Assembly: GCA_038087875.1 (NCBI GenBank)
Contig: CM075994.1
Coordinates: 10,666,001 to 10,730,000, forward strand
Direction: 5' to 3'
Length of the DNA stretch: 64,000 nt
Source of the DNA: Malacoraja senta
Taxonomy: Eukaryota
Under the pieces are notes generated by a model. It ran no database searches. It was not told the DNA's origin and saw nothing but the letters and a program-made list of their open reading frames with translations. Of the stretch, positions 47,641-59,817 are shown piece by piece. Made by a program: the position numbers and the translations under genes. Position 1 is the first letter of the stretch. Every line of letters begins with the position of its first letter.

Positions 47641-50600
47641 ATATAAGGCGGGTATTTAATTATCTTGCCAGTAGATGGCGAGGGAGAGTCAGATTGGAAG
47701 ACGAGGAGGTGGATGTGAGTGGTAATTAGAGGTGGTTAAAGAGGATGTAGAGATTTGGGGTGGAGTTGCCGTGAACATATTGAACGGGAGTGGACTGGAG
47801 GGACGAGGCAATTTGCTACTGTTTTCTTACTTTCTTTAGAGTAGGGTGGATTTGATGTGTCTGTACAACCAACAACACTCTGATCTCATTGTGAACCAAT
47901 ATATGAACTTCACTGGGGGACTTGACAATGTTTTGCATGTAAGGTTGATCCAGAAAGCAAAGACGGGTGGGATCCAAGACGAGTTATAAAATGGTTCAAA
48001 AATTGTCTTGGTGGTTGGAGGTGGAAGGTAGCAGTAGAAGGATTTTCAACTTGGAGGTCTGTGACTGGTGGTGTGCAGCAGAGATCGGTGCTGCAACCTT
48101 TGCTGTTTATTTTCTATTTTCTCGGCTTGGATGTAGGAGGTGTGAGAAGTACGTTTGTGGAGAATGGGAAATGTGGATAGCGAGGAAGTCTGCCAAAGTC
48201 AGCAACAAGATATAGGCTAGATCATCAAAACCTTATTGTCATGCATGGATATCAATACAGGAGGACGCAGTTTTCTTCACACAAAGAGTTGTGAAGTGGT
48301 ATCAGTTTTACCTCGTTTGATGATATTTGATGTTTCTCTCAATGCCATGTTGTGGAAAAAAGTGAGTTCAAACTTTTCAATCGGTAACACGCCATCTATC
48401 GCCAACGTTGGTTTGGTTTCATCACTGAACCTGCAAATATTAAACAGCTGGTCAGAAATTGAGTATTATCAACTTTATGAGCTGTACTATAAAAACATGC
48501 ATAGTTTCAGGCAAAAGCATGTCCTACCTACTCTTGCGACCAGCTTCCTCCTGAAATAAATAAAACACAAACCTCAATAGTCTGAGATGGATCATGAACC
48601 CGACGGTAGGTATTTCACCAAATTGATGGAATCCCCCCTCCCAACTATTTGCCGATGTCACACAGACAGAAAGTGGATATTGTCATAGAGACATCGAACA
48701 CGGCAGTAAGCAGTAGGAATGTCGATGAAAATAACTGCGAGTATGCAACTTGCGATTAAGACCAGACAGGTCGTGGGATCTTATCTGGAGAATATCAGAG
48801 ATAATAGGATGGAATATTTTAAAGTCAGCGGTGGATTTAAATGGGTGGGGGTTGGAAATATTATCCCGATTTGTGGGGGAAAAAAAATAAAGTCTGGAAT
48901 GTGTGATGGCCTTTAATAAATTCCACAAGAAATGCAGTAAGCAGAACGTGAAACACATAGGGTGGCCTGAAGACAATATTGTAGATAAATTTAAGTTGAA
49001 GTGGGATAAATACATGAGGCTTCCTGGAATTTGGGGTATTATTGTTGGATGTGGTGAGTAGATGGAACTGACGGAACATTGACCCAGTACTGAATTACTG
49101 GTAAATGCAGCATATATTTCAGGAATTTAACCCACCATTTTGTGACTGTGCACTTCTACTTCAACAAACTGTAGTGTAAACCCTCACCTTCAGAAATATC
49201 ACGCCGTCCTTGTGGTCTATCTGTTCCTGTAACTTTGATAGTTCCTCCTGAATGGAATGTAAATTCACTTGAATCTCTTGAAGATTTTTCTCCATTGTTT
49301 TTACAATCTTTGCCTCTTCTTCCCGGATATCTCCAAGTATGCGCTGCTCTTTCTCAGTGAGAATCTGGTGCAGTTCAGCAAACTGGGATGTGGTCTGTGA
49401 CTGAAGGTTGCGTGACGCTTCCTGTCAGATGAAAGATGAGAATCAATATATTGTGTCACTCTGCTGTGTTTCCTTGTGACATGGAAGGTGACATTTGGCT
49501 AATTAATGTCGAGTTCTGGAGTGCAGAAGTATGCCTTTCGGTTCAACATGTCCATGCTGGGCTCTGTACGTATCTACATTAATCCCATTTACATGTATTT
49601 AATCCATAGCTTTCATTACCTTGGCAATTCAAGAGCTCGTCTTGATAATTCTTAAATAGTGTTAGATACCAAGACGCCCCATCTGCGATATTTCCACATG
49701 TCCGCATTTGGCCCAGATAGTTCTAAAATGTTCTCTCCACGAATTTGTTCAAATATCTTTTCAATATTGTTTTGGTACCTGAATCCCCTGGCAGCTCGTT
49801 CCACAAAAGTTGCCCTCAATGTTCGTATAAAATCTGTTCCTTCTCACCTTAAACCTATGCCCTCGCATGCTCGATGCCCTACTCAGGGTAAAAGACTGAG
49901 TATTCACCCTAACATTTCATTTCATCATGTTATACATCTGCAATAGATCATTCTTCAGACTCCTGCGCTCCAGTGAGTAAAGTCCTTGGCTTGCCAACCG
50001 CTCCCAAGGTCTCGGCTCCTCGATTACTGAGATCTATAGAGGTGCCCACTTATTACACGCGTCACAGGGATCAAATCTAGACAAAAACATTAAACCGATA
50101 GTACAAAGCCTCACCTGAACTCCCGAAAGGCTCTCGTTCTGTTCCTGAACCATTTCCTGCATCTCTGATTTCTTTTTTGTGAGAGATTCGAAAGAAGATT
50201 TCACCTGTTCCTGGGGTTGGGTTTCAGATCAGAAAATGAAAATGTCAGAAAATAAAGAAAATATTAGACAATGATGTGATCAAAATTGATTTGGTTTTAC
50301 CTTGTAGAATTCAATTGCTTCATCTATCAGCATGAAGCTGTGAGTCTTGTGTTCCCGCCCAGCTGCACAAATCACACAGATCAGCTTCTTGTCCGTTTCA
50401 CAAAACAGTTTCAGTTCTTCCTGATGTTTCTCGCAGTGAAGTTTACTTTCCTTCTCTTTGAGATTCAGGCTCAGTGTTCGAGCTTTCTCAGACAGTCTCG
50501 CCAAGGCCCGATTCACCCTGAGGCTGCGGTACACAAACTCATCTCTACATTCCGGGCAGGAGTTTTTCCCCTCCCTGTCACAACACTGTGTGATACAGGA

Positions 50601-50802
50601 GTGGCAGAAGTTGTGCCCGCACTCCAGTATAACAGGATCGGTGAAGAAATCCAGGCAGATGGGACAAATTACCTCTTCGGTCCAACCCTCGACCTGGTCT
50701 TTCGAAGCCATTTTCATTTTTGTGTACCTTAAATCCGTCACTTCCTGGTTCAAAATGCTTTCACTGACGTGGAGCCGCTGAATATGGTCATGGTTACGTG
50801 AC

Positions 50803-51112
50803 CGTCACGGTGGCGCAGCGGCAGAGTTGCTGCCTTACAGCGAATGCAGCGCCTAGCAGAACCGGGTTCGATCCTGATTACGGATGCTGTCTGTACGGAG
50901 TTGGTACGTTCTCCCCGTGATCTGCGTGGGGTTTCTCCGAGATCTTCGGTTTCCTCACACACTCCAAGGCTTGGGAAATGTAAACAATTGGCTTGGTAAA
51001 TGAAAAAAAACGTCCCTAGTGGGTGTAGGATATTGTTAATGTCCGTGGACCGCTGGTCGGCGAGGACCTGGTGGGCCGAAGGGCCTGCTTGCTCGCTGCA
51101 TCTCTAAACTAC
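50803..51112 (+). mobile_element. Full-length tRNA-derived SINE just upstream of TRIM A
   Basis: A box TGGCGCAGCGG, B box GGTTCGATCC, CR1-like 3' end; corresponding copy starts ~63944 upstream of TRIM B. Confidence 0.82.
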
Positions 51113-51602
51113 ATTAAACCCAACTCCTACAGTTTCGGGCAATGAATGCTATTTGGCTACTAGTGTTCTGTGTCCTGGCCGCTTCCAACTCATCTCACAC
51201 GAGGGAGGGGTAGATTGGACATTAAACTGGCCTGAATATGGACGAGAAAGACTAAGGCAGGACAGAAAGGGACGGGGCCCGGCGTTAAGGAAGCCTCGGG
51301 TGTAACCTGAGGAGGCGTTGCACCTGTTGGGCAGTGGAACCCACCGCCCGCATCTCCGTTCACTGCCCGGGATCAGGATGGACGGAGACCTCCCTCCGCC
51401 CTTATTTTATTCCACAAACGTGCACCTGTCTCTCATGCAGCAGTCTTCGGGGCAATCTATGTTTGCGTGTATTGTTTAAACGATATTATATGACCCTCTA
51501 AAATTCATTGCAGTTTGCAAAGGTTTACTTTGTCTGTCTGAAGAAGGGTCTCGACCCGAAACGTCGCCCATTCATTCTATCCATAGTTGCTGCCTCACCC
51601 AC

Positions 51603-52660
51603 TCCTTTTCACAATGGCAGGCAGTGACTAGTGGGGTACCACAAGGCTCAGTGCTGGGACCCCAGCTATTTACAATTTATATTAATGATCTGGACGAGGG
51701 AATTGAAAGCAACATCTCCAAGTTTGCGGATGACACTAAGCTGGGGGGCAGTGTTAGCTGTGAGGAGGATGCTAGGAGACTGCAAGGTGACTTGGATAGG
51801 CTGGGTGAGTGGGCAAATGTTTGGCAGATGCAGTATAATGTGGATAAATGTGAGGTTATCCACTTTGGTAGCAAAAACGGGAAGGCAGACTATTATCTAA
51901 ATGGTGGCCGATTAGGAAATGGGGAGATGCAGCGAGACCTGGGGGTCATGGTACACCAGTCATTGAAAGTAGGCATGCAGGTGCAGCAGGCAGTGAAGAA
52001 AGCGAATGGTATGTTGGCCTTCATAGCAAGAGGATTTGAGTATAGGAGCAGGGAGGTTCTACTGCAGTTGTACAGGGTCTTGGTGAGACCACACCTGGAG
52101 TATTGCGTACAGTTTTGGTCTCCAAATCTGAGGAAGGACATTATAGCCATAGAGGGAGTGCAGAGAAGGTTCACCAGACTGATTCCTGGGATGTCAGGAC
52201 TTTCATATGAAGAAAGACTGGATAGACTTGGCTTATACTCGCTAGAATTTAGGAGATTGAGAGGGGATCTTATAGAAACGTACAAGATTCTTATGGGGTT
52301 GGACAGGCTAGATGCAGGAAGATTGTTCCCGATGTTGGGGAAGTCCAGGACAAGGGGTCACAGCTTAAGGATAAGGGGGAAATCCTTTAAGACCGAGATG
52401 AGGAAAAAAATTTTCACACAGAGAATGGTGAATCTCTGGAACTCTCTGCCACAGAGGGTAGTTGAGGCCAGTTCATTGGCTATATTTAAGAGGGAATTAG
52501 ATGTGGCCCTTGTGGCTAAAGGGATCAGGGGGTATGGAGAGAAGGCAGGTACGGGATACCGAGTTGGATGATCAGCCATGATCGTATTGAATGGCGGTGC
52601 AGGCTCGAAGGGCCGAATGGCCTACTCCTGCACCTAATTTCTATGTATCTATGTATCTAT
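51603..52660 (+). mobile_element. Young 5'-truncated CR1 with open RT frame
   Basis: ORF 51624-52571 with [10 protein letters not shown] and KFADD; (TATCTATG)n tail. Confidence 0.93.
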
Positions 52661-53513
52661 GAGTATCTCCAGCAGTTTTGTCGGCAGATTCTTTGTCTGC
52701 TGATCAGTTTAGTTTAGTTTAGTGTAGAGATAGTTTAGAAATCAGGCCACTCGGTCCACCGAGTCTGCACCAAGCAGCGATCTCCACACATCAACACTAT
52801 CCTGCACACACCAGGGACAATGTTACACATCCACCAAGCTACATAGCTGTAGGTCTTTAGAGTGTGGGTGGTAACCGAAGATCTCGGAGAAAACCCACGC
52901 TGCAAGCGCTGCAAGGCAGCAACTCTACCGCTGCGCCACCGTGGAATCAGTGAGTGTAGAACAAGGAACACTCAGATTCGAAAGCCCAATTGGCAGCATT
53001 TCCTCCGCCCCTGCAGGTCATTCTTGCCGCTAATGCTTCCGAGATGGCGCCCAACCAAGGCGTCTATTTGCGTGCGATGCAGATCTACAATCACATATTA
53101 CAATCGCCCCACACTGTTAAATCTCTACTCCCACATCAACATTTCTCACTTTAACTATGATCGGACTTTACTGGTTTAATCTTGCACTAAACGTTATTCT
53201 ATCATCAAGTGGCTCGATTGTAATCATGTATTGTCTTTCTGCTGACTGGATAGCACGCAACAAAAGTATTTCACTGTACCTCGAAATACGTGACAATAAA
53301 CTAAGCTAAAAATCCTTATTCCCCTCAGATAGGTACAAAATGCTGGAGACCGTCTCTACCCGAAACGTCACCCATACCTTCTCTGCAGAGATGCTGCCTG
53401 TCCCGCTGAGTTACTCCAGCATTTTGTGTCTATCTTCGGTTTAAACCAGCGTCTGCAATTCTTCCTACACTCCGAGCCATATACCACATTTTGCTTCTAT
53501 CTCTCAAATATGT

Positions 53514-56500
53514 AAGATTGTTACACCTAAGGTACTGGAAGAGAGAAGGTGGGAGACAGTGAGAAAGGGAGGGAAGCATGGAATGCAAACGTCCCCGGGT
53601 GTTGTACCTATTGTGAACAGGTTCATCCACTTAGAAGCTGTCGGGACAGAAGACGTTTTAACACTGAGCGGCGTACTGGCTTGCGATGCGAATAGGGCTG
53701 TTGAGCCCAAACCAAAAAGGCCAAAGTCAGGCAACGCCATTGTAGTGGGAGACTCCATTGTGAGAGGTACGGACAGGGGTTTCTGCGGCAACAGACGGGA
53801 TTCGAGGATGGTGTGCTGCCTTCCTGGTGCCACGATGTAGGATACATAGATACATAGATACATAGAAAATAGGTGCAGGAGAAGGCCATTCGGCCCTTCG
53901 AGCATGCACCGCCATTCAATATGATCATGGCTGATCATCCAACTCAGTATCCCGTACCTGCCTTCTCTCCATACCCCCTGATCCCTTTAGCCACAAGGGC
54001 CACGTCTAACTCCCTCTTAAATATAGCCAATGAACTGGCCTCAACTACCCTCTGTGGCAGAGAGTTCCAGAGATTCACCACTCTCTGTGTGAAAAAGTTT
54101 TTCCTCATCTCGGTCTTAAAGGATTTCCCCCTTATCCTTAAGCTGTGACCCCTTGTCCTGGACTTCCCCAACATCGGGAACAATCTTCCTGCATCTAGCC
54201 TGTCCAACCCCATAAGAATTTTGTACGTTTCTATAAGATCCCCTCTCAATCTCCTAAATTCTAGCGAGTATAAGCCAAGTCTATCCAGTCTTTCTTCATA
54301 TGAAAGTCCTGACATTCCAGGAATCAGTCTGGTGAACCTTCTTTGCACTCCCTCTATGGCTATAATGTCCTTCCTCAGATTTGGAGACCAAAACTGTACG
54401 CAATACTCCAGGTGTGGTCTCACAAAGACCCTGTACAACTGCAGTAGAACCTCCCTGCTCCTATACTCAAATCCTCTTGCTATGAAGGCCAACATACCAT
54501 TCGCTTTCTTCACTGCCTGCTGCACCTGCATGCCTACTTTCAATGACTGGTGTACCATGACACCCAGGTCTCGCTGCATCTCCCCATTTCCTAAACGGCC
54601 ACCATTCAGATAATAGTCTGCCTTCCCGTTTTTGCCACCAAAGTGGATAACCTCACATTTATCCACATACAGGATCTCACGGACAGAGTGCAGAAAACCC
54701 TCAAGGGCGAAGGTGAACAGCCGGAAGTGGTAATGCATGTCGGCACAAACGATGTCGGAAAGAAGTGGATGAATATTCTGCAGCGTGACTTTAGAGAGCT
54801 CGGGAAAATGCTGAAAAACAGGACCTCCAGCGTTGTTATCTCCGGTTTGCTTCCAGTTCCTCGTGCTGGCGAGAGCAGGAACAGGGGGATACGGGACCTG
54901 AATGTGTGGCTGAGGAACTGGTGCACGGGGCAGGGATTTAGATTCTTAGATCTGTTTTGGAGTAAAAGGGAACTGTACAAAAGTGACGGATTGCATCTTA
55001 ACAGGTGGGGGACCAGCATTCTGGCAGGCAGGGTTGCCACTGCTACACGGGTGGTTTTAAACTGGATAAGGGGGGTGGGGTGTCGAATGGGATAGTTGAG
55101 GATGGAGGTAAAGGGAAAGGGTTTCTTAAATGTGTGAGCGTAGAGACAGTGGGGTGTATAACGAGGGTAGAAGCAATAGGTAGCAAGGTGAAAAGTAAAA
55201 GTGGCAGGCAGACAAATCCTGGGCAAAAATCAAAAAGCGCCACATTTCAAAATAATTGTATAAGGGGTAAGAGTGTTGTAAAAACAAGCCTAAAGGCTTT
55301 GTGTCTCAATGCAAGGAGCATTCGCAATAAGGTGGATGAGTTGAATTTGCAAATAGCTATTAATGACTATGATATAGTTGGGATCACGGAGACATGGCTC
55401 CAGGGTAACCAAGGCTGGAACATCCAGGGATATTCAATATTCAGGAGGGATAGACAGAAAGGGAAAAGAGGTGGGGGTAGCGTTGCTGGTTAGAGAGCAG
55501 ATTAACGCAATAGAAAGGAAGGACATTAGCTTGGAGGATGTGGAATCGATATGGGTAGAGCTGCGAAACACTAAGGGGCAGAAAACGCCAGTGGGAGTTG
55601 TGTACAGGCCACCTAACAGTAGTAGTGGAGTTGGGGATGGCATCAAACAGGAAATTAGAAATGCGTGCAACAGTTATAATGGGTGACTTCAATCTACATA
55701 TAGATTGGGTGAATCAAATTGGCAAGGGTGTTGAGGAGGAGGATTTCTTGGAATGTATGCGGGATAGTTTTCTAAACCAACATGTAGAGGAACCAACGAG
55801 AGAGCAGGCTATTCTAGATTGGGTATTGAGTAATGAGGAAGGGTTAGTTAGCAGTCTTGTTGTGCGTGGCCCCTTGGGCAAGAGTGACCATAATATGGTT
55901 GAGTTCTTCATTAGGATGGAGAGTGACATTGTTAATTCAGAAACAAGGGTCCTGAACTTAAAGAAAGGTAACTTTGAGGGTATGAGAAGTGAATTGCCCA
56001 AAATAGACTGGCAATTGATTCTTAATGGGTTGACGGTAGATATGCAATGGAAGGCATTTAAAGACTGCATGGATGAACTACAACAATTGTTCATCCCAGT
56101 TTGGCAAAAAAATAAAGCAGGGAAGGTAGTGCATCCATAGATAACAAGGGAAATCAGGGATAGTATCAAAACAAAAGATGAAGCGTACGAATTAGCCAGA
56201 AAAAGCAGCTTACCAGAGGACTGGGAGAAATTCAGAGTCCAGCAGAGGAGTACAAAGGGCTTAATTAGGAAAGTGAAAATAGGTTATGAAAGAAATGTAT
56301 GTCCCTTGCAGTCAGAAACAGGTGAATTGATCATGGGAAACAAGGACATGGCAGACCAATTGAATAACTACTTTGGTTCTGTCTTCACTAAGGAAGACAT
56401 AAATAATCTGCCGGAAATAGCAGGGGACCGGTGGTCAAATGAGATGGAGGAACTGAGTGAAATCCAGGTTAGCCGGGAAGTGGTGTTAGGTAAATTGAAT

Positions 56501-58098
56501 GGATTAAAGGCCGATAAATCCCCAGGGCCAGAGAGGCTGCATCCCAGAGTACTTAAGGAAGTAGCCCCAGAAATAGTGGATGCATTAGTGATAATTTTTC
56601 AAAACTCTTTAGATTCTGGAGTAGTTGCTGAGGATTGGAGGGTAGCTAATGTAACCCCACTTTTTAAAAAGGGAGGGAGAGAGAAAACGGGGAATTACAG
56701 ACCAGTTAGTCTAACATCGGTAGTGGGGAAACTGCTAGAATCAGTTATTAAAGATGGGATAGCAGCACATTTGGAAAGTGGTGAAATCATTGGACAAAGT
56801 CAGCATGGATTTATGAAAGGTAAATCATGTCTGACGAATCTTATAGTATTTTTCGAGGATGTAACTAGTAGAGTGGATAAGGGAGAACCAGTGGATGTGT
56901 TATATCTGGACTTTCAGAAGGCTTTCGACAAGGTCCCACATAAGAGATTAGCATACAAACTTAAAGCACACGGTATTGGGGGTTCAGTATTGATGTGGAT
57001 AGAGAACTGGCTGGCAGACAGGATGCAAAGAGTAGGAGTAAACGGGTCCTTTTCACAAGGGCAGGCAGTGACTAGTGGGGTACCGCAAGGCTCAGTGCTG
57101 TGACCCCAGCTATTTACGATATATATTAATGATTTGGACGAGGGAATTGAATGCAACATCTCCAAGTTTGCGGATGACACGAAGCTGGGGGGCAGTGTTA
57201 GCTGTGAGGAGGATCCTCGGAGGCTGCAAGGTGACTTAGATAGGCTGGGTGAGTGGGCAAATGCATGGCAGATGCAGTATAATGTGGATAAATGTGAGGT
57301 TATCCACTTTGGTGGCAAAAACAGGAAAGTAGACTATTATCTGAATGGTGGCCGATTAGGAAAAGGGGAGATGCAACGAGACCTGGGTGTCATGGTACAC
57401 CAGTCATTAAAAGTAGGCATGCAGGTGCAGCAGGCAGTGAAGAAGGCGAATGGTATGTTAGCATTCATAGCAAAAGGATTTGAGTATAGGAGCAGGGAGG
57501 TTTTACTGCAGTTGTACAGGGTCTTGGTGAGACCACACCTGGAGTATTGCGTACAGTTTTGGTATCCTAATCTGAGGAAAGACATTCTTGCCATAGAGGG
57601 AGTACAGAGAAGGTTCACCAGACTGATTCCTGGGATGTCAGGACTTTCATATGAAGAAGGACTGGATAGACTCGGCTTGTACTCGCTAGAATTTAGAAGA
57701 TTGAGGGGGGATCTTATAGAAACTTACAAAATTCTTAAGGGGTTGGACAGGCTAGATGCAGAAAGATTGTTCTCGATGTTGGGGAAGTCCAGAACAAGGG
57801 GTCACAGTTTAAGGATAAGGGGGAAATCTTTTATGACTGAGATGAGGAAAACATTTTTCATACAGAGAGTGGTGAATCTCTGGAATTTTCTGCCACAGAA
57901 GGTAGTTGAGGCCAGTTCATTGGCTATATTTAAGAGGGAGTTAAATGTGGCCCTTGTGGCTAAAGGGATCAGGGGGTATGGAGAGAAAGCAGGCACAGGA
58001 TACTGAGTAGGATGATCAGCCATGATCATATTGAATGGCGGTGCAGGCTCGAAGGGCCGAATGTCCTACTGCTGCACCTATTTTCTATGTTTCTATGT
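53514..58098 (+). mobile_element. Long CR1 (partial ORF1 esterase, APE, RT) with a nested minus-strand CR1 3' end (~53844-54668)
   Basis: IVVGDSIVRG and HVGTND esterase motifs, CLNARSI, RT ORFs 56273-58006; TATGT at both ends; absent from paralogous site near 38620. Confidence 0.92.
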
Positions 58099-59817
58099 GC
58101 CCGTTTGAACCTCGCACAGATGGGAAATACCCCCCCCCCCCAATCCCCAATTCCCCCTCTCCACACCGGATCCGAGGTTGAACCCCCTGTGAAAGCTTTC
58201 AAATTCCCTTCTCCACAGAGAACCTGCACCCGCTTCTCCGGCATCACCCTCGACCCGAATCTCCTAATTATTGAAACCATTCCAGTGAATATCTCCTGCG
58301 CCCTCCCGATGACCCTCGCTTCATTCATTAGGTTTGGTGACCAGAAATTGGCTTGATGCACCAGTTGAGTCCAAACCTTTGCTTTATACGGCTTCAACAT
58401 AATCTCCTGATGATGTAGGAAGGAACTGCAGATGCAGGTTTCAATCGAAGATAGACACAAAATGCTGGAGTATCTCAGCAGGACAGGCAACGTCTCTGGA
58501 GAGAAGGAAAGTGTGACGTTTCGGGTCGAGACCCTTCTTCGGACTCTTTCACTCATTTTTTCTACATCTCATTATATCACCGTCTATATCTCTCGCTTCC
58601 CTTTCCCCTGACTCACAGTCTGAAGAAGGGTCTCGACCCGAAACGTCACCCACTCCTTCTGTCGAGAGATGCTGCCTGTCCCGCTGTGTTACTCCAGCTT
58701 TTTGTGACTATGTCCTGATGTTGTACTCTGGGCCTTCATTGATGTGGTTCTGGATTCCCGTTGCCATTACTGGTTGCACTTCAATGTGATTTACGCAGGT
58801 AAAGCACTCTGTGGTCTCCGAAAAGAGATGCGAGGACATTGTATAAATGTTAGCGGGTTGTGACGCTGCAATGCTGAGAACTATATGCTGCACATTGTAA
58901 CTGTCCCTTTCCCCTATCTATTGTACTGGAGTTTGACTTCATTGCATTTATCTTTGGTATTATCTAATTTGACTGGATAGGATGCAAAACAAAACCTTTG
59001 GACGTGCAAATGATGAACCTAAACCAGTTTGGGACTGGAGACTCTGCTCCAGGTGGGGGTGGGTGGTGGGGGTTAGTGCCGGGGGTTGGAGGGGGGCGGG
59101 TTGTGGAGGGTCATGGATGTGTTACGGTTCGACTCGTGATCCTGAGACGATGGACGATTGGCTTCTTCCATTTTAAATCGTGCGTAAAAAAGATCAAGCC
59201 TTTACAGAATTTACACGGGGTAGTGGATGGTCAACTACCTAAGAGAGAGGTGATGAGGGGTCTAGCAGCGACTGAAACAAGGAATGTTCTACGTATCCTA
59301 CAGAGAGACAGAGAGAGCCTGAGCACAACGGGCTCCCACCTGGAACCGGGAATCCGGTTTGAACCCATTCTTCCAAAGATCCGTTTCGAAGAAAACGTAT
59401 CTGTTGTGTGGAGAGCAAATGCTGCAAACACGATATAAATTATATGCGTCGGCGAACTTTAGGACCCGGGGGAGCCCGGAGCTCAGGACCCGCCGCCCGC
59501 TGCTGCTGCTGAACCCGCGGGAAGGGAGATTGTATCAATCTTTATATCTTCACAAAAGTAATTTCTGTTCCGCTGCCGGACGCGGTTAACGCGTTAAAAT
59601 GAACGGATCGACAGACAGCTCTGATTTCAGTTGCTGTTTATTTCACTCTTCCCACATTTACATTCACCAAGGTTTTATTTCCGCGCTCACTGGGGTTTCA
59701 CGACGCGGAATTTGGGGTTTAAATGAGAGCCGTTCAGCGCCGACCTGTTGTCTACCGGGTTTCTGCCCCACAGCCCCTGAGCCCCGCTCCTGACGCCGGT
59801 CCCGGTACCCGACCCTT

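Larger units (their letters stand above)
40088..50711 (-). pseudogene. TRIM gene copy A (RING-Bbox2-CC-PRY/SPRY, TRIM27/39/A33-like). Exons 50711-50301, 50210-50115, 49421-49188, 48550-48528, 48430-48312, 40619-40088; 2-bp frameshift in last exon
   Basis: All GT-AG junctions in phase (411/96/234/23/119 bp); [15 protein letters not shown] and [13 protein letters not shown]-box; extra TG at ~40484-40492 shifts the SPRY frame. Could be an assembly error. Confidence 0.75.

Noticed and set aside
50803..50885. tRNA gene
   Set aside because: A and B boxes are followed by a SINE body and tail, with multiple dispersed copies
58998..59589. Plus-strand ORFs downstream of TRIM B, similar at 39456-39868
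   Set aside because: No recognisable domain; similarity is explained by the segmental duplication and frames are not preserved between copies
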